Shown: positions 47,959 to 57,931 of the stretch, one piece after another
How positions within the stretch are numbered: the first letter of the stretch is position 1
Layout: each line of letters starts with the position of its first letter
Source of the DNA: Candidatus Margulisiibacteriota bacterium
GTDB lineage: Bacteria; Margulisbacteria; Marinamargulisbacteria; UBA817
Reading direction: 5' to 3'
Assembly (NCBI GenBank): GCA_016779165.1
Contig: JADHOE010000001.1
Coordinates: 1,084-65,083, forward strand
DNA: 64,000 nucleotides
Notes under the pieces: generated by a model
What the model was told of the DNA's origin: nothing
The model's database searches: none
The model's input: the letters and a program-made list of their open reading frames with translations, nothing else
Program-made: the position numbers and the translations under genes

Positions 47959-48987
47959 TTAACTTAAATTTGATTCGCCCAGTTGCCCACATGCAGCAAT
48001 GACATCTTGACCTTTTGAATATCGAACGGTGGTGCGAATATTTTGGTTAATTAACGCCTGTTTAAATGCGGCAAGGGTTGCGTTTGATACAGGCTGAAAT
48101 GGAATTTTAGGGTGTGGATTTAAGTTGATAAGGTTTACTTTTGCCTTCAAGTATTGGGCAAGGTTTGCCAATTGTTGGGCCGATTCAAGATCATCATTTA
48201 CATGTTTAAGCAACGTGTACTCAAGGGTTAGCTTTCGATTGTGCATGTTGCAATATTGGGCCAATGTTTGAGCCACTTCAACAATGGGGTTGCGTTCTTC
48301 AATTGGCATGATGGTGGCCCGAGTTTTTGGGTTTGCTGAACCCACAGAAAAGGCAAGGTTCAACGCAATGTTGTTTTTAATGAGTTCTTTGATGCCTGCT
48401 AGGTAGCCAGATGTTGATACTGTAATGTGGCGTTTGCTTAAATTAAATCCCCAATCACTTTGAAGCCAATCAAGGGCGGGTAATACGGATTTTAAGTTAA
48501 GCAAAGGTTCCCCCATGCCCATAAAAACAACATGGGTAATGGAGTGCCCTTTCGATAGTATTACCGCCAATTGGGCCACTATTTCTGGCATGGAGAGGTT
48601 TTTTTTGAGCCCCCCAACACCCGTTAAGCAAAACTTGCAATCCACTGGGCACCCAGCCTGAGACGATATGCACAGGGTTTCATAGCCTTTTTCTTGAATT
48701 GCCACAGCTTCAATGAATACATGGTTGGCCAACTCAAAAATATATTTGGTGGCTGACCCATCGCTTGCCGGCAACGATTGACAGGTTTTGAATGGGTTAA
48801 TGGTTAAAATTTCGCTGAGTTTGGCCTGATTTTTAACAGAAATATTGGTCATTTTGTCAAATGAAATGGTGTTTTTTTTGGTTACCCATTCGTGAACCTG
48901 ACGTAAGGTAAAGGCTGGGAGTTTATGGCTGGCGCACCAGGATTTGTAGGTGTCCAACGGGATATCAAAAAAGTTAATCATAGTCAT
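47959..48987 (-). CDS. rlmN: 23S rRNA (adenine2503-C2)-methyltransferase RlmN (radical SAM)
   Basis: Radical-SAM 'CPVDCKFC' cluster; 'GMGEPLLN' motif; conserved C-terminal Cys; 342 aa. Confidence 0.85.
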   Translation of the reverse strand: MTMINFFDIPLDTYKSWCASHKLPAFTLRQVHEWVTKKNTISFDKMTNISVKNQAKLSEILTINPFKTCQSLPASDGSATKYIFELANHVFIEAVAIQEKGYETLCISSQAGCPVDCKFCLTGVGGLKKNLSMPEIVAQLAVILSKGHSITHVVFMGMGEPLLNLKSVLPALDWLQSDWGFNLSKRHITVSTSGYLAGIKELIKNNIALNLAFSVGSANPKTRATIMPIEERNPIVEVAQTLAQYCNMHNRKLTLEYTLLKHVNDDLESAQQLANLAQYLKAKVNLINLNPHPKIPFQPVSNATLAAFKQALINQNIRTTVRYSKGQDVIAACGQLGESNLS

Positions 48988-49053
48988 GTTATGGCCTCAA
49001 CATACGCATTGAAATCCCTTGCGTCAAGTTTAAGCATACGTAATAATGAACTT

Positions 49054-50469
49054 ATGATAAAAATAGCCCCCTTTATTCTGATGTGCTTCCTTTTAATAAC
49101 CCCAACCCATGGACAATCCATTCGCTCTGTAAATAGCAGCGTAAATGCGTCATCATCGTCATCCTCGTCATCTTATGGAAGACCTGTTGTCAATGAACAA
49201 GGTGGTTACAATACAAGTGTTCAGGTGATTGATCAACAGAAGCAGTTTGATCGGATTAGTTTTAAGCCAGGTATGTTTAAGGCGTGGCACCAACTGCTTA
49301 TTCGTGCACATGTGTATCATTCTATTGTCCAATTAAAACAGGATGGGCATGTTAATTCAGATGGGTCCCTAAATGAATCTGTTGCTTCTTTGGGAATGGG
49401 ATTAACACCAAATCGTGTCATTGATGACAATCAACTCATGCAATATTTTAAGTCTAAATACCCCATTCAATGGGTGTATGATGAATTAACTCGAGTCAAT
49501 GTCATTGGTAGTGGCGGGTTTCTTGTTGGTACGGAGTCGTTTTCAAAAGCATTTAATGATTATGATTTTGAGCCCTACCTAGAAAAAATCAATGGTATTT
49601 CGTTTGGGTTTAGCGCGTCTGCCATTAACAGTGAGTTGGCCACTGAATTGTTGCAATTTTTAAAAGAGTCATCCATGACCATTGTGGTTACACAGGAAGA
49701 AACCACCCGGTATCAAAGCCGAAAAAGCAACTTCTTTGATGGGTTTTTGGATCAGTTGGGCGGAAATGTATTGGGCAGTATCTTTTATAAAGACAAGGTT
49801 AAAACCGTGAAGCAAAAACTAAATTATTCCCCAAATATTGATGTTTTAAATTTGTTTTCAAGCATAGATTATGGATTTGCAAAGGCTCCTTATTTTAAAG
49901 GGGCAATGGGCGATGCAATATTTTATGGGCAACGTACTCAAAACCAAGCCCATGTGTCATACGGGAATTCTAAGCATTATGATGCAATTCATGTTGGCGT
50001 TTCCTTCCTTAAGCAAGCCGGGAGTGCGACCATGAATAAATCATTTATTTATACAGGCTGGGCCTTTGCGGTTGATCAAATTAAAGACAATGAGAATAAT
50101 GATTTAACGTTAATGGGTGGTCGGTATATGCTGGGTGGCACAACGCCAAAAAGCATATACGATTTATCCTTTGGCTTATCTGCCAAAACATCATCGCTAC
50201 GGGGAGATACCCAATTGGGGCTGGGCATTGGCGGTAAATACACTTACCACCTCATTCGATACTTGGGGGTGTTTGGTTTGTTTGATTCTAACTTTGGCAT
50301 CAACCTTAACAATGACAATGGCGCAGCTTGGCAGCTAACTCGAATGCAGTTGGGGCTTCAAACAACCGTGTCCATGGTGTCTATTTCTTGTGGCTATGAA
50401 TGGCAAAATGGAAATGATGGGGACGCTTTTTTTGAAGGGTTAGTCACAGGTATTGGCATTTATTTTTAA
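49054..50469 (+). CDS. hypothetical outer-membrane protein with poly-Ser tract
   Basis: Start at ATG 49054 with signal peptide 'MIKIAPFILMCFLLITPTHG'; SSSSSSSSS run; Gly/Tyr-rich with terminal 'GIGIYF' typical of a beta-barrel C-terminus. Confidence 0.55.
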   Translation: MIKIAPFILMCFLLITPTHGQSIRSVNSSVNASSSSSSSSYGRPVVNEQGGYNTSVQVIDQQKQFDRISFKPGMFKAWHQLLIRAHVYHSIVQLKQDGHVNSDGSLNESVASLGMGLTPNRVIDDNQLMQYFKSKYPIQWVYDELTRVNVIGSGGFLVGTESFSKAFNDYDFEPYLEKINGISFGFSASAINSELATELLQFLKESSMTIVVTQEETTRYQSRKSNFFDGFLDQLGGNVLGSIFYKDKVKTVKQKLNYSPNIDVLNLFSSIDYGFAKAPYFKGAMGDAIFYGQRTQNQAHVSYGNSKHYDAIHVGVSFLKQAGSATMNKSFIYTGWAFAVDQIKDNENNDLTLMGGRYMLGGTTPKSIYDLSFGLSAKTSSLRGDTQLGLGIGGKYTYHLIRYLGVFGLFDSNFGINLNNDNGAAWQLTRMQLGLQTTVSMVSISCGYEWQNGNDGDAFFEGLVTGIGIYF

Positions 50470-50978
50470 TGCGCATTTTGTTTTTGGCGGTGCTATTGGG
50501 TGGGCAGTGTCTTACCATTGATGTTTCTTTGGATATGTTTCATGGATTAAATCAGCAGTTGTTTTTATCCGTTGAACAGCCAGTTGATATCCAAGAAAGT
50601 GTTGGTATTGGTTTGACTTATACCTTACTTGACCAAGAGAGTGCACGGGTGACAATGCTAATGATCGATCCCATGTATCGCCGATACATCAAAGAAACAA
50701 CATCTGAAGGTGGGTTTTACTCATTTGGGGTGCGTGCCGGGCAAGCCAAGGTGGAGGATGGTGAAACCAAGGAACACCAATTGGCCATCAAACCGTATTA
50801 TAACCTTGGTTATAAGGGGGCATTTAACAACCGATGGTCACACTTATTAACTGTTGAGGTGGGGTACTTAATGCTTTACACCGATTCTATAAATATTACG
50901 CCCATGTTGGGGCTGCAAGTGACCCCTTATTTTGCATTTGGTTACACCTTGGACCCAGTGAAAGAGGGGGAGGGGTAA
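50469..50978 (+). CDS. hypothetical small outer-membrane beta-barrel-like protein
   Basis: 169 aa; signal peptide; alternating aromatic/Gly pattern; translationally coupled to the upstream OMP gene (ATGA-type overlap). Confidence 0.45.
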   Translation: MRILFLAVLLGGQCLTIDVSLDMFHGLNQQLFLSVEQPVDIQESVGIGLTYTLLDQESARVTMLMIDPMYRRYIKETTSEGGFYSFGVRAGQAKVEDGETKEHQLAIKPYYNLGYKGAFNNRWSHLLTVEVGYLMLYTDSINITPMLGLQVTPYFAFGYTLDPVKEGEG

Positions 50979-51076
50979 GTGCAACGCATGGAAAAAAAAT
51001 CAAAAAAATGTTTAGAAATTGATGGAAGTGGGAATGGTGTTTATATCTTCACCAAATGGGTTAAATATATGAAGGA

Positions 51077-52957
51077 GTGTCCATGACAATCACAAAAAAG
51101 CGACGAGACCCGTATCACCCGTTGCGTCAATTTATTCAGTTGGTTGAAATTAAATGCCAAGAACTTCCCAGAGATATTGATCATTGGATTGCCATGGCAG
51201 CCAAACATGAGGCTGCGTCTAAAACCCATCAAAATATCATTCAATCATCCGTAAAGCCACGCGAGGTGTATTTAACCACCCTTCAAAAGCTGCATGGGGC
51301 ATTGCTGGATGCCATGCAAATTCTTGAAGGTGCTGGCCATGTTCCCGATAGTGATGTGTCCCCTGATCTTCCCGTTGAAACCATCATTAGAAAATATTTG
51401 CAAGCCACAACGCAGCTGCAGGACATCTCAAAAAATAGCCAGTCAGTGCATGTGTTTTTTAATGGGTTGTTGGAGCGCATTTTATTTATTCGAAATGACT
51501 TGAATCAAACCATATTGCGTTGTTCAGCTGGAGAAATTAATTATAAGAACATTGAGCACCAACTTCGTGTTCTTGAGCCAGCATTCGATGAATCATTTAA
51601 GGCCCACATCGAGGTAAGAAAAAGCCGATTAACCGATTTGACAGAAGCGTTGCTTCAAAAAGTTGAGATGGATGTTTCGGTGCGACAATCCATTCAGGAT
51701 CGCCATGTGATGCATTCAACCCTTCAAATGTACCTGAATCACATTGAGTCAAACCCTGAATTTAATGAGCTTTTGCCAACCTTGCAATATAAAATTAGAA
51801 AGATTGTCTCTCGGCCATTGGACGCCATGTTAAGCAAGCAGCAGCAAGAGGTGGATGTTGCCACCTACGAATTGCAGCAATTATTAGAGCCTGTGCAGGG
51901 GAGAATGACAGTAAAAGTGCCCAACTCTGCCACGTCTGTTCATCAGTTGATTCAGCAAGCATTGGCCCAGCAAGACGAAATGACGCGTCTGAAAGTCAAT
52001 GTGATGGGGGCGTTCAAGCACCTGGTAAATCAGGTGGATCAATTGTTTCAGTTTAAGCCATTTACCCCCGTGCAATCCGCGTCGGTGTTGGGTGTGGCCT
52101 GGATGCAACACCCGTTAACATCGGCAGAAAATATACGCGACTTTCAAAAAGAATTGGGGTCGATTACACAGTCAGAATCGTATCAAAAACTCATGCAAAG
52201 TTTTGGCAGCCAAAACATTGATGAATCCTTTCGGTTTGTGGATAGAAAAATGAACGAAATGGCTGATCAGCTTGAAATTAATGAGCGCGTTCAGGCCATG
52301 AATCAGTTTAACAGTAGTCCTGTATTAATGGATGCAACATCGTTTTGTATTCAAGCCACACCGCAGGATCCCCTGAAAGTTCGTAGAGAAATTATCCATC
52401 GTGCGGGGTACTTGATGGGCATTAAAACGTACATACAAGAATTGTGTGATTCCGTTCGTGCGCATTTGTTCTTGGTGTATTACGAGCATAGTTTGTCCCC
52501 AGAAACCATTAACCTAACATCAAAAATAAATAAAATTATGAACCAAGTATCCACAGAGTTTTATGATCGAAAGAATACAGATGAGGCCATTGATCGCAAT
52601 GTGTTTATGGCATCGGTTCGGCAAGTGTTTGAAGAAATTTGTGACACTGAGTTGGAAAAAAATATGGCTATTTTCACCCATCGCCAACGCATTAAAGCCT
52701 TGGTTCAAACGTTAAAAGAAACCAACAAATATTCCAGAAAAGATATTCGAAAAAAAATTATTGCCGAAAAAAATGAGCTTAAAGAGTTGTTAATTGATAC
52801 CAATATTCCCCGACTTAAGGAATTCATTCATGTGCTATCAAAAAGCACGTACGAGACCATTCATCATGACTCTGTCTACCAGTTGGACGGCTTAAAAAAG
52901 AAACTCAAAACTCTCATCCAACAAAAAGTGGCACTTGAGCAAGTGGTGGTGCTTTAA
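51077..52957 (+). CDS. 626-aa all-helical/coiled-coil orphan protein (putative effector)
   Basis: Low GC; Leu/Gln/Glu/Lys-rich helical sequence throughout; no signal peptide and no recognisable enzymatic motif. Confidence 0.6.
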   Translation: MSMTITKKRRDPYHPLRQFIQLVEIKCQELPRDIDHWIAMAAKHEAASKTHQNIIQSSVKPREVYLTTLQKLHGALLDAMQILEGAGHVPDSDVSPDLPVETIIRKYLQATTQLQDISKNSQSVHVFFNGLLERILFIRNDLNQTILRCSAGEINYKNIEHQLRVLEPAFDESFKAHIEVRKSRLTDLTEALLQKVEMDVSVRQSIQDRHVMHSTLQMYLNHIESNPEFNELLPTLQYKIRKIVSRPLDAMLSKQQQEVDVATYELQQLLEPVQGRMTVKVPNSATSVHQLIQQALAQQDEMTRLKVNVMGAFKHLVNQVDQLFQFKPFTPVQSASVLGVAWMQHPLTSAENIRDFQKELGSITQSESYQKLMQSFGSQNIDESFRFVDRKMNEMADQLEINERVQAMNQFNSSPVLMDATSFCIQATPQDPLKVRREIIHRAGYLMGIKTYIQELCDSVRAHLFLVYYEHSLSPETINLTSKINKIMNQVSTEFYDRKNTDEAIDRNVFMASVRQVFEEICDTELEKNMAIFTHRQRIKALVQTLKETNKYSRKDIRKKIIAEKNELKELLIDTNIPRLKEFIHVLSKSTYETIHHDSVYQLDGLKKKLKTLIQQKVALEQVVVL

Positions 52958-52985
52958 ATTAAACATGCCCCTTAAACGTCCTAGG

Positions 52986-53237
52986 CTAAAGCGAAAATGC
53001 GCCAGATATCACCGATGATAATGCGTCTTTTGCTTCCGATGTCGACATTCCCTTATCTAAACAATCATTAAGGTGATCCTGCATGTAGGCTTCGCCAAAC
53101 TTTTTTAAGGCATTTATGCTGGCCTTTAGTTGTTGCAAGGTATCGAGGCAGTTTGCATCGTTTTCAATCATTCGCTTGACGGCATCCAGTTGCCCGTTGG
53201 CCCTATTTAAACGGTGAATCAGCTTGTTTTTACTCAT
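52986..53237 (-). CDS. CsoR/RcnR/FrmR-family metal- or persulfide-sensing transcriptional repressor
   Basis: 83 aa; DUF156 pattern 'RLNRANGQLDAVKRMIENDANCLDTLQQL...'; C-H-C fingerprint (Cys30, His55, Cys59). Confidence 0.8.
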   Translation of the reverse strand: MSKNKLIHRLNRANGQLDAVKRMIENDANCLDTLQQLKASINALKKFGEAYMQDHLNDCLDKGMSTSEAKDALSSVISGAFSL

Positions 53238-54117
53238 TGTTGCTATTTGATTGGCGCTTGTTTTTTCGCAAAGGAATTTTTAAGTAGCTCATGCCATTGG
53301 TTTCTGGTTGTGGCAGGGTGCCCCCATCAATATTGACTTGCAAGCTTTGCAATAACAATCGTGGGGCGGTTAATGTTTTGTCGCGTGTTTCTCGCAATGT
53401 TACAAAGGCCTCTTTAGTTGTCGATGCATTTAAGTGTAAGTTATGCTTTTTTTGGTCGCCTATGGTGGACTCATACTGAACCTCTCGGCCACCTGGTTTG
53501 TAATCATGCCCCACAAACACTTTTGTGCTATCAGGCAGGGTGTACAGGCGTTGAGTCACTGAATCATACATGGCAGACGCACTGCCCCCAGGAAAATCGC
53601 ATCGGCCCGTGCCATAATCTTGCATGAACAATACATCGCCAGTAAATACAGCTTCATCGTTAATGACATACGATGAGCACGCTGGGGTATGGCCAGGTGT
53701 AAACATAACCTTTATGGTTAGGGCCCCTGCATTGAAGCAGGCATTGTCATCAAGAAGCTCATCAAACTGTATGCCATTTTCGTTGAAGTCTTTAAAATTG
53801 AATATGTGCTTGAACTCTTTTTGTACCAATTGAATGTTTTTTCCTATGGCCAATATAGCGCTTGGCAGTTTCTGCTTTAAGAATTGGGCGCCCGATAAAT
53901 GATCCGCATGCGCATGGGTTTCCAGAATGTAATGCACCTTCAGTTGGTTGGCTGATACATGATTCATTACCTTATCTACCGACGTTGTGCTGTATGTTGA
54001 CGCCTTTGGGTCGTAATCAAGAACGGGGTCGATAATCACGGCATCGTTGGTTATTGGGTCGTGTACGATATACGTGAGTGTGGATGTGTCCTCGTCAAAA
54101 AAAGATGTGATAATCAT
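53230..54117 (-). CDS. MBL-fold persulfide dioxygenase (ETHE1-like)
   Basis: Metallo-beta-lactamase motif 'ETHAHADH'; ETHE1-like 'TPGHTPACSSYV' and 'GTGRCDFPGGSASAMYDSV'. Confidence 0.75.
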   Translation of the reverse strand: MIITSFFDEDTSTLTYIVHDPITNDAVIIDPVLDYDPKASTYSTTSVDKVMNHVSANQLKVHYILETHAHADHLSGAQFLKQKLPSAILAIGKNIQLVQKEFKHIFNFKDFNENGIQFDELLDDNACFNAGALTIKVMFTPGHTPACSSYVINDEAVFTGDVLFMQDYGTGRCDFPGGSASAMYDSVTQRLYTLPDSTKVFVGHDYKPGGREVQYESTIGDQKKHNLHLNASTTKEAFVTLRETRDKTLTAPRLLLQSLQVNIDGGTLPQPETNGMSYLKIPLRKNKRQSNSNNE

Positions 54118-54126
54118 GATTGCCTC

Positions 54127-54924
54127 CTAAAAATAAAATTCCTTCATAAAAATAAATAATCCCATCACCAATACAAGGTATGCAAACCACCGACGTAGCG
54201 TGGCGGCGTCTATGATTTGATTTAGCCTGGTCCCCATGTAAACACCACCAAAGGTAATGGCCATTAAGCCAAATAATATGGTTGGATTATAAGAATTGCC
54301 TTGCATAATATCGGCACTGAACCCAATCATCGATTTCATGCTAATAATAACCAGAGACGTCGCAATGGCTTGTTTGAGGGGTAAATTAATAAATGCCATA
54401 AGCGCAGGAACAATCATGAACCCGCCACCAGCCCCAACAAATCCTGTGGCAATGCCCACAACCAGCCCTTCAATCAAAATAAATAAATAAGGTGGGGTGG
54501 ATGATGCATTGGTTGGTTGGCGTTTGCTGGGGGTGCTGCTTTTAAACATGAACATGGATATAAGAACAACCATGATTGAAAATGCCCCTAAAATGAGCTG
54601 ATTGTTGGATAAATGAAGGGTGCCAATTGCCATGCGCTCTGGAAGCATTGGTAGTAAATACACGCGTGAAATAAGCACCCCAATAATGGATGGCAAAGAA
54701 AACCATAGTGCAACTGGCCAATTAATCAACTGCTGGCGATGGTAGCGTATGGCCCCAACGGCACTGGATGCCCCAACAATCGCCAATGAATACCCTGTTG
54801 CAAGGGTTGCTGGAACCCCAAAACAATACACCAAAATTGGAACGGTTAATAGAGAGCCTCCTCCGCCAATTAACCCAAGAATTAGCCCCATGACCAGGCT
54901 AAAAAACAACCCCAGAATGAGCAT
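54127..54924 (-). CDS. TauE/SafE-family sulfite/anion exporter
   Basis: 265 aa; two repeated 4-TM halves with Gly-rich 'GLIGGGGSLLTVP' and 'GFVGAGGGFMIVP' motifs. Confidence 0.8.
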   Translation of the reverse strand: MLILGLFFSLVMGLILGLIGGGGSLLTVPILVYCFGVPATLATGYSLAIVGASSAVGAIRYHRQQLINWPVALWFSLPSIIGVLISRVYLLPMLPERMAIGTLHLSNNQLILGAFSIMVVLISMFMFKSSTPSKRQPTNASSTPPYLFILIEGLVVGIATGFVGAGGGFMIVPALMAFINLPLKQAIATSLVIISMKSMIGFSADIMQGNSYNPTILFGLMAITFGGVYMGTRLNQIIDAATLRRWFAYLVLVMGLFIFMKEFYF

Positions 54925-55424
54925 TATTTATTCCAAGGCATTCGAGTAAGAACAGCCGCAAGTGCGCAGGTATTTGTTACCCCTGCAAACAGAAGCCCCG
55001 CACCAAAAAAAGCAGACAACCATATAAAGTTGGGTGACACTTTTTGGGAAAGGATGGCGCCAATTAAAACAAAAAAGCCCACAACAATTTGCACTTGTCG
55101 CATAATCGATACTCCATGAGACTCCTGTTTTACGGTGCTATAGTGGGTTGACCATTCAGATACCCCTCCAGCCACGTGGGTTAAATTGCTGACAGTGTCC
55201 TTAAGCAATGCACATGCTTTCTGACTTCTATTGCCCCGTTGGCAAATAATCACTAGGTTGTCTTTGTGGTTAAATGAACCGGAAGTCAGGGTGTGCAGAG
55301 GAACATTTGTGAATGCACTAATGTGCTCATTTCGAAACTCAGATGCCGTTCTTACATCTATGAATTGGGCCTTCGGATCGTCGTCCATCATTGCTTGCAA
55401 ATCGTGTACTGAAATTGTTTTCAT
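54924..55424 (-). CDS. rhodanese-domain sulfurtransferase with C-terminal membrane anchor (YgaP-like)
   Basis: Rhodanese active-site loop 'CQRGNRS'; two C-terminal TM helices (DUF2892-like). Confidence 0.75.
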   Translation of the reverse strand: MKTISVHDLQAMMDDDPKAQFIDVRTASEFRNEHISAFTNVPLHTLTSGSFNHKDNLVIICQRGNRSQKACALLKDTVSNLTHVAGGVSEWSTHYSTVKQESHGVSIMRQVQIVVGFFVLIGAILSQKVSPNFIWLSAFFGAGLLFAGVTNTCALAAVLTRMPWNK

Positions 55425-55438
55425 TTGATCACCTCTCT

Positions 55439-55463
55439 ATATACTATATGCCGTATAGTATAT
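55439..55463. promoter_or_regulatory. perfect inverted repeat ATATACTATA-N5-TATAGTATAT, putative operator of the CsoR-family repressor
   Basis: Located 15-40 bp upstream of the rhodanese start, in the divergent promoter region. The TACT...AGTA half-sites resemble RcnR/FrmR-type operators. Confidence 0.5.
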
Positions 55464-55526
55464 GGATTTAAACATTTTTTTTGTGGGGTTGATGACATTT
55501 GTTTGAAATACATTTAATATAAACGT

Positions 55527-55907
55527 ATGTCATTCCAAACCATTGTTTCAAACCAATCTGCGCCACCCCTTGCTCCGTACTCCCCAGCGCTTCGCGTAGG
55601 ACCCTTTTTGTTCATATCTGGTCAAATACCAATTCAATCAGATGGCCAAATGGTTACGGGTGATTTTGACGCTGAAACTCGGCAAGTTTGCCAAAATGTA
55701 ACAGTGTTGCTTGAAGCGGCAGGGATAGGGTGGTCGTCTGTTTGCAAGGTGACCATATTTACCACTGATTTATCTAAATTTGAACAAATCAATGCCATAT
55801 ACAATGAATTTGTTCAGGCGCCCTATCCGGCACGGGCAGCCATTGAGGTTGCTGCATTGCCAAAAGGGGCGCGAATAGAAATGGAGGTTATGGCGTATGT
55901 TAAATGA
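55527..55907 (+). CDS. ridA: RidA/YjgF-family reactive-intermediate deaminase
   Basis: 126 aa; conserved 'YPARAAIEVAALPKGARIEMEVMA' C-terminus. Confidence 0.85.
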   Translation: MSFQTIVSNQSAPPLAPYSPALRVGPFLFISGQIPIQSDGQMVTGDFDAETRQVCQNVTVLLEAAGIGWSSVCKVTIFTTDLSKFEQINAIYNEFVQAPYPARAAIEVAALPKGARIEMEVMAYVK

Positions 55908-56904
55908 AGATGTGGTTGAATCCATCGATCGATTGATTTCAAAAATAGGTAAAAAAGACAATCAAAAAGCCTTAAAGGATATTATTTCTACTGTGTGTAA
56001 ATTGTCGGATGTCGATATTAACTCCGGGGACTGGAAATTATTATCTCGGTCCATCAAAGAGTTTAGAAAGAGTTTTCAAGGGTTTTCCCCGTATAGAGAT
56101 AAACGAAAAGTGGCCATTTTTGGGTCAGCAAGAACCCCAGAGGCAGACCCGCTATTTAAAATGGCAGAAGCGTTTTCACGTGGAATTACCCAAAAAGGGT
56201 TTATGGTAATCACTGGGGCAGGTGGGGGAATTATGGAGGCAGGGAATAAAGGGGGCGGGGATGAATCTTTTGGGGTGAACATTAAGCTTCCTTTTGAGCA
56301 ATCTGCAAACGACTACATAAAAGAAAGCAATAAATTAATTTCCTACAATTACTTTTTTATACGAAAGCTCATGTTCATTAAAGAGTCCGATGCTACGGTT
56401 CTTTTTCCCGGAGGATTTGGGACTCTGGATGAGGCATACGAGGGGCTAACCTTAATTCAAACAGGTAAAAGTTTGCCACGGCCCATTTTATTAATGCAAA
56501 ACCCCGGTGATGATTATTGGCAGAAATGGGTATCCTTCTTCACAGAAATTATGTTGAGGGACAAGTACATTTCCCCCGATGACATGGAATTGTTTCGGAT
56601 TTGCGAGTCCAATGACGAGGCCATGGCACAGATTGAGACATTCTACAAAACGTATCATTCCCTGCGCTATGTTGGGGATATGGCTGTAATTCGATTAAAT
56701 TCACCCTTAACGGATGCCAACATTCAAGCTTTAAATCATGCGTTTTCTGACATTGTTGTTGAAGGTGATATTCATTCAGCGGAACCTTTCCCTGAAGAGG
56801 TTGAGTCCAGAGACCAATTAAAAAAACATCGTATTGCGTTTAGGTTTAATAAAATTAATTTTGGTCGATTGGTGTCAATGGTGCAAATGATTAATTCGTT
56901 TTAG
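55897..56904 (+). CDS. LOG-family (Rossmann-fold nucleotide-binding, lysine-decarboxylase-like) protein
   Basis: 'VAIFGSART', 'ITGAGGGIMEA' and 'PGGFGTLDE' LOG/TIGR00730 motifs, plus a C-terminal extension. Confidence 0.7.
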   Translation: MLNEDVVESIDRLISKIGKKDNQKALKDIISTVCKLSDVDINSGDWKLLSRSIKEFRKSFQGFSPYRDKRKVAIFGSARTPEADPLFKMAEAFSRGITQKGFMVITGAGGGIMEAGNKGGGDESFGVNIKLPFEQSANDYIKESNKLISYNYFFIRKLMFIKESDATVLFPGGFGTLDEAYEGLTLIQTGKSLPRPILLMQNPGDDYWQKWVSFFTEIMLRDKYISPDDMELFRICESNDEAMAQIETFYKTYHSLRYVGDMAVIRLNSPLTDANIQALNHAFSDIVVEGDIHSAEPFPEEVESRDQLKKHRIAFRFNKINFGRLVSMVQMINSF

Positions 56905-56910
56905 GAGCAT

Positions 56911-57510
56911 TTGATGAGCATTATACTAGATGGTGGTTGGGTGATGGTGGTGTTGCTTGGTCTAAGCATTACCGCATTTTCTATTATTATACAGAAAATT
57001 ATTGCATTGCGAGGCGCCCCTATTGACGACCTGTTTATTCAAAACGTCACATCGAAGTGTGTCACAGCCACAGCCAGAAAATCGCTTCTTAACGAATTCC
57101 AGTACATCAATCGCATTGAACATAAAATAGCAACTTTTAGCATTACGCATCATGGGCAATCGCCAGATGCTTTTACCTTTCAGTTAGAGGCCCTAACTAA
57201 GCCAGCTGTTGACCATTTGTCCAGCTACATGAATGTGCTTTCAATGATTGCGACCACTGCCCCTGTTTTGGGGTTGCTGGGCACTGTATTGGGGTTAATG
57301 GATGTGTTTTCAGTCATTGCCGTTGAAGGGGTGAAGCAGGCAGAGCTATTGTCTGGGGGTATTTCAAAAGCATTAATTACCACGGTATCGGGTTTAAGTT
57401 TAGCCATTCCATTAATGTTCATTCATCAAATTATTTCAGATAAAATCAATAAAAGGTTGGATTATTGGGACGCGATTCCTTCCCATATTTTGTCGGCAAT
57501 AAATAAGTAA
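56911..57510 (+). CDS. exbB: MotA/TolQ/ExbB proton-channel family protein
   Basis: 199 aa; 3 TM segments; conserved 'APVLGLLGTVLGLM' motif. Confidence 0.8.
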   Translation: MMSIILDGGWVMVVLLGLSITAFSIIIQKIIALRGAPIDDLFIQNVTSKCVTATARKSLLNEFQYINRIEHKIATFSITHHGQSPDAFTFQLEALTKPAVDHLSSYMNVLSMIATTAPVLGLLGTVLGLMDVFSVIAVEGVKQAELLSGGISKALITTVSGLSLAIPLMFIHQIISDKINKRLDYWDAIPSHILSAINK

Positions 57511-57517
57511 TTTTCAG

Positions 57518-57928
57518 ATGAAGCGCCGTTTTATTAGTCGTCAATTGTCGGATTCGTCACCACGGTTTGAGCTAACATCCCTGATTGACATTGTATTTAT
57601 TTTGGTGATGTTTTTTGCCGTTAGTACCAGTTTTAACGATGTTCAGCAGGGGGTATCTGTGGTGTTGCCCTCGGCAGTGTCATCGGAGGCGCCTGCTGAG
57701 GCCGTTACCATATCCATCGACCGAAACCAACGGCTATTTTGGAATGGCGCATTATTTTCAGAGGCACAATTATCACAACGTCTTAAAGAAACAATTGAAA
57801 AAAAACCGAATCAGCAGGTGTTGTTGCAAGCAGACAAGCATACCCCGTATTCTAGGGTGGTTTGGGTGTTGGATGCCATTCGCCAATCCGGGTGCACAGA
57901 GGTCATGCTTGAAACTGAGCCGACATAA
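57518..57928 (+). CDS. exbD: ExbD/TolR biopolymer transport protein
   Basis: 136 aa; N-terminal 'ELTSLIDIVFILVMFF' with the conserved Asp in the TM segment. Confidence 0.8.
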   Translation: MKRRFISRQLSDSSPRFELTSLIDIVFILVMFFAVSTSFNDVQQGVSVVLPSAVSSEAPAEAVTISIDRNQRLFWNGALFSEAQLSQRLKETIEKKPNQQVLLQADKHTPYSRVVWVLDAIRQSGCTEVMLETEPT

Positions 57929-57931
57929 TCC

